In this document: piece by piece, positions 55,966 to 64,000 of the stretch
Layout: every line of letters starts with the position of its first letter
Position numbering within the stretch: the stretch's first letter is position 1
Made by a program: the position numbers and the translations under genes
Notes under the pieces: model-generated
Databases searched by the model: none
The model's input: the letters and a program-made list of their open reading frames with translations, nothing else
Told to the model about the DNA's origin: nothing
Assembly: GCA_012295275.1 (NCBI GenBank)
Contig: CM022665.1
Location: forward strand, 6,324,001-6,388,000
Direction of reading: 5' to 3'
Origin: Chrysomallon squamiferum
Lineage: Eukaryota; Animalia; Mollusca
DNA: 64,000 nt

Positions 55966-56153
55966 CTTGGCCATCTTAACTGCATTATAAGGCTTCTACA
56001 TACACAATAACATACAGAATTATCAAAAAAAAAAAAAAAAAAAAAAAAGTGTATTAATACACCAATCCATAGCGTTAATGGATTGCTCGGGCTCCTAGAC
56101 TAATGTGACCGGGAGGCAACTGCCCAGTGTGCCCATACCTTACGACGGCTCTG
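55966..56153. mobile_element. Short hAT-like MITE remnant
   Basis: Degenerate TIRs CTTGGCCATCTTAAC ... CTTACGACGGCTCTG, a GC-rich subterminal GGCAACTGCCCAGTGTGCCCAT, and a partly matching 8-bp flank ACTGTATC/GTTATATC. Confidence 0.5.
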
Positions 56154-56529
56154 GTTATATCTACATACAATTATTAGCTACGAGTTATATTTTAATCACA
56201 TGCAAAGAACTTGATATGCTGAAAATATGATTATAGTTATCTTGTTCTTTTATTTAAGGGAAATATGAGAATTTAATGAACTTCGTTCACAGCATCGACC
56301 AAAATTACAGGAATTTTAGGAACATAAAACTGCCATTATTTCGATTTTTTTTTTTTTTTTTTTTTTTTTAAAGTTTATTGGTAGTTTTATTTTATTCACC
56401 CCCTTGCTTTTTTTCAGTGATGCAGAAATAATTTTAATTTGGCGCCTTTTGTTGTTGTTTATTAGCTTTTTTATTTTTTCCTCCATTATTATTTTATTGA
56501 TTTTCTTTTCTTTTCCTTTTCTTTTCTTT

Positions 56530-56569
<40 letters not shown>

Positions 56570-56678
56570 CATGGTGTTAAAAATAAGGATGGTCTTATTT
56601 GTATGTGACGCTCAAATATAAATATCGGAAATCTTCTGTCGAGGAAGATAATAAACAGTAATTAACTAGAGCTTTGCA

Positions 56679-57111
56679 ATGGAAAATACACGTGAGACAA
56701 GTGATTTGGATGAAATTATAAGACTTAAAAACGAATTGGCGTCCAAAGATGATGAAATCAGAAAATTAAAGAAACAGCTGGTATATAATAAGTTAATAAT
56801 ACGAAATATATGTGCTTTTGTTGGCTGTCAGTTGCATCCGATGCTTCTTATTGTTGCTTTTGTTTATCGATGTCACGTGGTTTGACCTTGATTATTACAA
56901 ATATTTAAGACGATAGAAATATCATATGAAAAAAACAAGTCAAACTGATTCAGGAAATTTACACACACGCTTTGTTAAAGTACCAATTATGAAGTGTATT
57001 TATTTATTGTTATTACTGTATTATTATTATTGTTATTATTATTATTAAATATATAATTTTTAAATTTTTATTGGGGGCTTTTTTTGTTTTGTTTTTTCAA
57101 ATTATTTTTTT

Positions 57112-57158
<47 letters not shown>

Positions 57159-58206
57159 TTATTTTGTTGTTTAAACGCTAAAGGGAGCAATGGGAACTTC
57201 CATTTCTTAAAAAAAATTATTATTATTATTATTATTATTATTATCAGCAAATATAAGTTAATACATAAATCTTCAAAATTATCAGTCAAGACAAATGTAA
57301 TAAATTATATTATCCTATTAACAAAAAAAAATATTCAATATCAGACAGTAAACTAAATGAGAAGTTATTTTATTTACTATCATATTTTTAAGTATTGTAA
57401 ATATTAACATAATGTCTTTTTTATATTGCAAATTTAGGAAAGTAAGTTAAATGATCCTTTCGTATCGGAAGTTTTACCAGAACAAGCTACAGAAGATGTC
57501 ATTCATTCTGCATTTCTCAACAATGAAGATATTGCCAGATATAGCAGACAGCTAATTCTACCAGAAATTGGAGTCAAAGGTGAAAAAAACACCAAGTTAA
57601 TTAATCAGTCAATCAGTCAACTGTTTTTAATATACTTATGTCCACTGAAGGACAAAGCATATTTGTCTAGGCTTTACAGCCTAGGATCATCTGTTGACTA
57701 ATAGTGTGTTAGAGTAGTATTTTAACATGTTCGAGAAGTGAACATGTGTTGTTGTCGTACCTGAAGAATATTGAATCATATAATTACTGGTCTTCTTTTC
57801 TGTGGAAAAACAAAATTAAATTAAAAAAATAATTGATTAAAGTAAAGCTGCTTTTTACAGATGATATCTAACACTTTTTTTTTCTCTTCTGTTTTATATG
57901 CCCTCAACTTTGCTCTAGATTTGTTATGTTAAAAAAAAACAACAACAAAAAAACACATTAAAAATAAATTAACAAAAAACCCCACTCAGAACATCCTGGT
58001 ACAGTTACTGCATCCATTACTTAAATATAATGGTTTTGATATGCTTTATTTTTTGTATTTAGGACAACTGAAGCTGAAATCAAGCAGTGTTCTGATAGTT
58101 GGAGCTGGAGGACTTGGATGTCCTGCTGCTATTTATCTCACAGCTGCTGGAACTGGTGAGAATATACATAATAAATTAAAATATATTTTATATCTTAATT
58201 ACTTTT

Positions 58207-58250
<44 letters not shown>

Positions 58251-61200
58251 CACACACTCACATAAAATTCTTTTTTTTAAAAATTTCTGCCAGAGGAGAA
58301 GTCGATAAGTTTTATGTTTATGACTTGTAATAATATGTAAATAATCCTGCAAATGTTTTTAATTCTCTGTGACAAGAATTTTGCTGTATCTTGATAATCA
58401 GTAAAAACTCCACATAAATAACTGGTTTTAGTCAATAAATATTTAAAAGACAGATATATAATAAGAATAACTGACCAGTATTTATATCCAGGAAGACTTG
58501 GTATAGTTGATTTTGATGAGGTAGAGATCAACAATCTCCACAGGCAGGTTCTGCACACAGAAGACAGAGTTGGTGTGTCCAAGGTGATCTCAGCAACACA
58601 GACATGTAAAAGGTATAAATAAAAGAAAATGAGATGGAACCATTATTCTGCGACGGACGCGCCCGCTGACCTGTGAAAGAAAGCATGCCCGTCGCAGACG
58701 TGCTTCACAACAGCTTGCTCTGATTAGCACGTTAATTTTTTTCCTATTCCTATTCCTATGGAACCATTAGTTGAAAGTGCTGTTTTATTTAACGAAATGT
58801 AATGCTTCTTTGGAATATTTTGATACCTGATGTACCAATAATAATTCAATTCTGAATAATTATGTAAATGAATTTCAATTTCTAATTTTATTTCCTTTTT
58901 TTCATTTGTTTTTTTTCTATTTGTTTTTTTGTTTTTATCTGTTTGGTGGTGGGTGGAGTTCGCTACAATTGAAATAGAGCACAATGTTTTTCGCTGACAT
59001 CATATAACTACTATATCAGATGAAAAAGAGTGAAAAATAGCTAACTAGTCAGCCTTTGAAGAGCTTGGATGATTGACATAATATAGAAAACTGTTTCTCT
59101 AACAAGTGGTTATTATTTTTTTACATTTTCTAAATTATTTTAATCCCAAACACATTCAAGAAGACTTTTTTTTTTCACTGAATATGCTGATAATTTTCTA
59201 AATCTTTTACATTGGAAGTTCCATTCAGTTTGTGTGTCTCAGCTAGATAATTATTCTTCTTCTACAGTTGAAAGACATTTGTCCACCATCTGTATCTTGT
59301 GGACACATTTCTTTCTATAAAATTATAAACATTGACATGGATGTATTAACAACTAGCAAATTCAAAAGGGTGCCAGATTTTTGTATATTCATTTTGTCTT
59401 TTCAGATTAAACTCCTCTGTGACATTTGTACCATACAGGCTGCAGCTGAACAGTCAGAATGCTCTACAGATCATCAAAGAGTATCTTTCAAAAAGTTATG
59501 GTTAAATTTCTTTGGTTACATTTTATCCCTGCTGATAGCTAGTATGTTTTACTGTAATCCATCCTTTCAGCTACATTCCTTAAGACCAGCTATGATATTG
59601 TTCTGGATGCTACTGATAATGTAGCCACAAGATACCTGCTCAATGATGCCTGTGTTCTGGCAAAGAAACCTCTTGTCTCTGGCAGTGCTTTACGATTTGA
59701 AGGACAGGTAAAACATAATCAAATGAGTAGAAATTGTGTATAATTACATTTCAAACATTTTAATGTTAACATTAGTCAGGTGTCTACTTATAACATTTGT
59801 GTTATTTTATATTTTCTAAAAAGTATTTAGAAGTACAAATCAATTATTTCCATTCCATGGATTAGAAATGAATAGCAAATAACATTTTTTATTTATATAT
59901 ATACCTGTTCAAAAAGAAAAAAGTTACATAACATCTAATAAACATTTGTTTTATTTGTTTATGAAAACTACTTAAAAAAACAAGAAAAAAAAATCATTAT
60001 GCGATACACCAAATTTATTTAGTCTGTGTTCATAAGATATAATTTAATTTCAGAGTTGTCCTTCTTACATCAGTTCAACCCAGATATATAGTAATATAGA
60101 AAATAATTTATGCAACATTCATTTAAACAATCAGATCACATTAAGATGTTCGTTTAATTGTGAAGTTGTTTAGCAAAGGAAAACATTAAATGAGCATCTG
60201 AACATTATTACAACATTTACAACATTTACAAGTTAAGTTTTGGTGTTCTGTATTTATTTGTAATTGTTTCATTTATTTTATTTTTTGAAGCTGACTGTGT
60301 ACAACTACAGAGGTGGACCTTGTTACAGATGTCTTTATCCAAAACCACCTCCACCAGAAACAGTAACAAATTGTTCTGATGGTGGTGTCCTAGGTGTTGG
60401 TATGTTGCTTTAATTTTAATTTTTTTAACTGAAAGAAATGTTATGAAAGTATCCAAATTCATACATTGTTACGTTTGTTATTTTATCGTTACATTTTATT
60501 CCTAGGCGGAAAAAAATGGTTACTAGACAAAATGCATACTGACTATATATTGTACCAGAAATTAATATTCTGGAATATAATTTTAGCACTTCATTTAGTT
60601 AAAATATAGCAATAGGTTTTTAAATTTTAATTATATTCTTTCCAAATTGTCTGGAAAAGATCTAACAGTCAGAGCTTATTTATGTCTTGAGCTAAACCAT
60701 TTATTACAGTAAGTATTCAAGTTGAAGACTAGACAGAAAAGGACTGTGAGTTATATGAGTGTTTTGTTTTCAGTTCCTGGAATTATTGGATGCCTTGAAG
60801 CACTGGAAGCTATCAAAATTTTGATAGACATTGGCAGTATCCTTTAATATTTGCTCAACCTTTTAGAGTAATTTTCAGATTTTTCAGATTTTAATCTGTT
60901 CTTTTAAGATTTCTATATTATGTCAGTAGAAGGTAGAGAAATCTTTATTATTACCCCCAAAAAGGATAGAAAAGAATGAAAATTAATTAATTAAATAATG
61001 AACAAATCATAGGTTTTACATTTGTCCATTATCATTAAGTAAAGTAATTTCTTTTAATTGTTACATCATTATGAAATTTCTATCTCTTTAACAATTAAGC
61101 CAGTTATTTTCAGCGTCTGTTACTGTTTGATGGCCTAGATTTGACTTTTAGGACGATAAGATTACGTCCACGTCAGCCATCATGTGTGGTTTGTGGAGAA

Positions 61201-62418
61201 ACTCCATCTATCACAGAGCTTATTGACTATGAGCAGTTCTGTGGAGCAAGAGCTACAGATAAAGTAAATAATCTTTACAAAATATTTAATGTGTGAAACC
61301 AGACTAAATATTTTTATAATAAAAATATAATTGGTTATGAAACAACTCCTCAATTTTGATTTTACCTGTAATTTTGTTTTTAATTTGAATAATTGTTAAG
61401 TTTTGGGAGTTTTTTCACGGTTTTTTCTTACTTGTACAGGATCATTGCAAGAATATTTTAACTGCTGATGAAAGATTATCAGCAAAGGTAAGACATACTT
61501 CCTTCTTTGAGATCTAATCTTTTCCAAACAGTGATTAAGATGAATTGGATAAAATTCTTTATAGTTTCTACTCTCAAAAAGTTATTAATTTTTCAGTATT
61601 CCATAATATACAATTTGTTTCATTCACTTTACTCATTTGTTTTATTTAAATTTCATTTTGTGAAATGTTTTTCTTGGTTACTGCCGTTAAGACATGAGGT
61701 TACTTTTTTCAAATTATTTGTTCTTTTTGTAGGATTACAGAGAAATGTTGAACAGAAGTGTCCCTCATTTGCTCATTGATGTGCGCCAGCCTGTGGAAAT
61801 GGAGATATGTCAACTTCCACACAAAACTATTATTAGTATCCTTTGTGTAGTGTTGATAGCTATTTAAAAAAATAAAAATAATAATAATGTTCAATTCAAC
61901 GTAACTCAGGTAATTGTTTAACAAATATTTTTTTAACTGTTAATGAAAATTGTTTTTATTGAACTTGATATATTAATAATTTATTTAAAAATGTTAAAAT
62001 CCACTAAAAACTTTTCTTAAAGTTATCTATTGTCTGCTGGTTCATGAATTCATTTGATATGCAAAAACAAAAAAGAACGGTCAAAACCAATGAAAAACTG
62101 TATGAATAAAAACTATTTAAATTTCTCTACTTTCCAAAATGTATATAGCAAATAAAGCTTTACAATTTTCCTTAAATAATTTTAGACATTCCAATAGATG
62201 TAATAGGTAAAGAAGAAAGTATCAAAAAGATTGGAGAAGTAGTGAAATCTCATAATGTAAAAGAGGTTGTACTAGTGTGTCGTCGTGGAAATGATTCTCA
62301 GATTGCAGTGAGAACTCTTCAGGAGAAATTAAAAGATTTCAGTATTGTTCTGAAGGACATTTCTGGTGGTTTGACTGCTTGGACCAAACAAGTGGACCCT
62401 AAGTTTCCAGTGTACTGA
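56679..62418 (+). CDS. MOCS3: Adenylyltransferase/sulfurtransferase MOCS3 (UBA4), 12 coding exons
   Basis: Exons 56679-56780, 57438-57579, 58063-58156, 58492-58612, 59406-59480, 59590-59707, 60291-60399, 60774-60836, 61100-61263, 61440-61487, 61733-61835, 62186-62418. Motifs [50 protein letters not shown], rhodanese VCRRGNDSQ and DPKFPVY*. Confidence 0.96.
58646..58757 (+). mobile_element. 112-bp 5'-truncated retroposon (SINE/LINE 3' end) with a 12-bp TSD
   Basis: Perfect direct repeat ATGGAACCATTA at 58634-58645 and 58758-58769, a GC-rich body, and a T-run plus (TTCCTA)n tail. Confidence 0.8.
59481..59589 (+). other. Probable U12-type GT-AG intron in MOCS3
   Basis: 5' GTATCTTT (variant of GTATCCTT). 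TTCCTTAAG lies immediately before ACCAG with no polypyrimidine tract. Removal restores IIKD|[10 protein letters not shown]. Confidence 0.7.
60837..61099 (+). other. U12-type GT-AG intron in MOCS3
   Basis: 5' GTATCCTTT, branch TCTTTAAC at 61085-61092, 3' AATTAAG. Removal restores [14 protein letters not shown]. Confidence 0.9.
61836..62185 (+). other. U12-type GT-AG intron in MOCS3
   Basis: 5' GTATCCTTT, branch TTTCCTTAA at about 62167-62175, 3' TTTAG. Removal restores KTIINIP. Confidence 0.92.
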
Positions 62419-62841
62419 ATTTTTTACAGTGGAATTACAAATGTAGCTTTTTAATAAATTTATATTCTGAATCTGTAGCCAGCTCTTTTTTGTTACTACC
62501 AAGGACTTTTGACCACTCCCAAAATGTCACAAAAATACATAATTATTATTACTGTGTTTTTTTAAATAAAAATAAAGAAAACTGCAATTTGCAAAACATT
62601 TATTTATAAATATTTATAACCAAATATTTTTCTTTACATCAGCTAGGCATCATATTCAAAAAAAAAAAAAAAAAAATTATTTTAAACATTAATAAAGGAA
62701 AATAATATAACCAGAAGATCATTAATAACGTATAATCAAAAGTAGTTAGAATGAATTCTGTAAATAGTCATAATACTCTACGATATTCATCACACATTTT
62801 ATTTTAGTTTTAAACTATTACCAAACATTTGAATGCAATAT

Positions 62842-63948
62842 TTATACATACGTAATTTCTTTGTAGCTTTTCTTTTCTATTTTCTTCGGTTTGTATGTCC
62901 TCTTCCTCCTTTAAAACAGCAAAGAAAAATGAATGTGACATACATATTTAACTGAGCAAAAAAAACCCCAGATTTACAAAATAAGATTTTAAAAAGAATG
63001 AGAAATGCATAGAAAATTCAAAAGAAACTGATGAACTTCAGTATTTTCACAGAGGGATTGCTAAGCAATTCCCATAAAAAAAATGTAATAGTTTTATCTT
63101 AATTTTTATTAATACATTAATAACTTACTTGGCCCTGACTCTGGGTTCAATGATATTTCTCTTCTGGAGACTTTTAAATCTATCTTCCAAAAGATGACCT
63201 TCGGGCTGCAATAAAGAGAAACAAATTGGATTTGTTTTATTACATAGCATGTATCCTATTTCTTTTTCCACCATTTAAAATAAAAAATAATTTAAAAAAG
63301 TTCAAATTCATCTAACAAGAAGATACATACAATGTTTCCTCAATGTTTTTAAATTCAACTTTTTACAAAATTTACAAAGCACTATCTTAGAATAAAGAAT
63401 GAAAATAAGTGAGTCAAAATATTTAAATATGTTACCTTCAGCAATCTGAGTGAACCTACAAGTTCATCTGTGAGCTTCAACTCCAACTCTGGTTCCTCAA
63501 ATCTGTTCTAGTTAAGGATAACATTTGTGACAGAATGGCATTCCATGAATGCCAGTTTAAATGGAATAAGAACTAATCGTGTTTTGAGCTTTAGAGAACA
63601 AAATACTGAATGCTAATATTAAAAATATGATACTGATGTAAAAATTGACCTCTGAATCAATGATTGGATTATCTATCAGACAATATGTGTAATTGTGAAA
63701 CTTATAAATTGTGATTTGGATTAGTTTACCCGTACTCTTCATGTATAAAGAAAAAAAAGGCAAAATCTAATATGCACAAACTGTTTCCATTTTTTAAAAC
63801 TGAAGTTGGATAACAAAATTAAGGATACTTGTGTTTTCCAAGTCTTTTAGGCTGTAATTTGCTTTTTTCTTTAATTTCTTCTTTTTTCATCAGCCTCTGT
63901 TGGTATTCTCTTGTTTTCTTTTCTATTTCTTTCTTCAGTGATTTAACC
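62842..63948 (-). CDS. NOP53: Ribosome biogenesis protein NOP53 (GLTSCR2/PICT1), last 4 coding exons; gene continues beyond the window
   Basis: Exons 63948-63829, 63502-63436, 63205-63129, 62908-62842 give [77 protein letters not shown]. Confidence 0.92.
63503..63828 (-). other. U12-type GT-AG intron in NOP53
   Basis: 5' GTATCCTTA, canonical branch TATCCTTAAC (63520-63511) followed by TAGAACAG. Removal restores GKHK|FEEP. Confidence 0.93.
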
Positions 63949-64000
63949 CTAAACATGGAGAGAATATTTTAAATAAAACTTATCTGTATATGGCTCTGTT

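Noticed and set aside
58646-58740. Hammerhead ribozyme or minor snRNA (U11/U12/U4atac) interpretation of the GC-rich hairpins
   Set aside because: Lacks the CUGANGA core and does not match remembered snRNA sequences. The TSD and tandem tail explain it better as a retroposon.

Overview
AT-rich, intron-rich animal genomic DNA. The repeat content suggests a mollusc/gastropod, which is an inference. Positions 1-12.7 kb contain no convincing CDS, only microsatellites and regulatory-like motifs including two RFX X-boxes. Positions 12.9-64 kb are a compact gene cluster: DRC7 (-, 17 coding exons), intronless RPIA (+), a 175-aa orphan with a 33-bp tandem repeat and a Cys-rich tail (-), SLC4A1AP/kanadaptin (-), NAA30 (-), COA6 (+), BRMS1-family (-), MOCS3/UBA4 (+) and the 3' end of NOP53 (-). 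I built the exon models by hand from splice sites and reading-frame continuity. The main observation is a cluster of five minor-spliceosome (U12-type) introns within about 12.7 kb across three adjacent genes: one AT-AC intron in BRMS1, three GT-AG U12-type introns in MOCS3 and one in NOP53. Introns also hold a Tigger/pogo derivative, a Charlie/SPIN-like hAT derivative, a Sola-like MITE with perfect TIRs, and a short retroposon insertion with a perfect 12-bp TSD. Gene identifications rest on remembered ortholog motifs; no database search was run.
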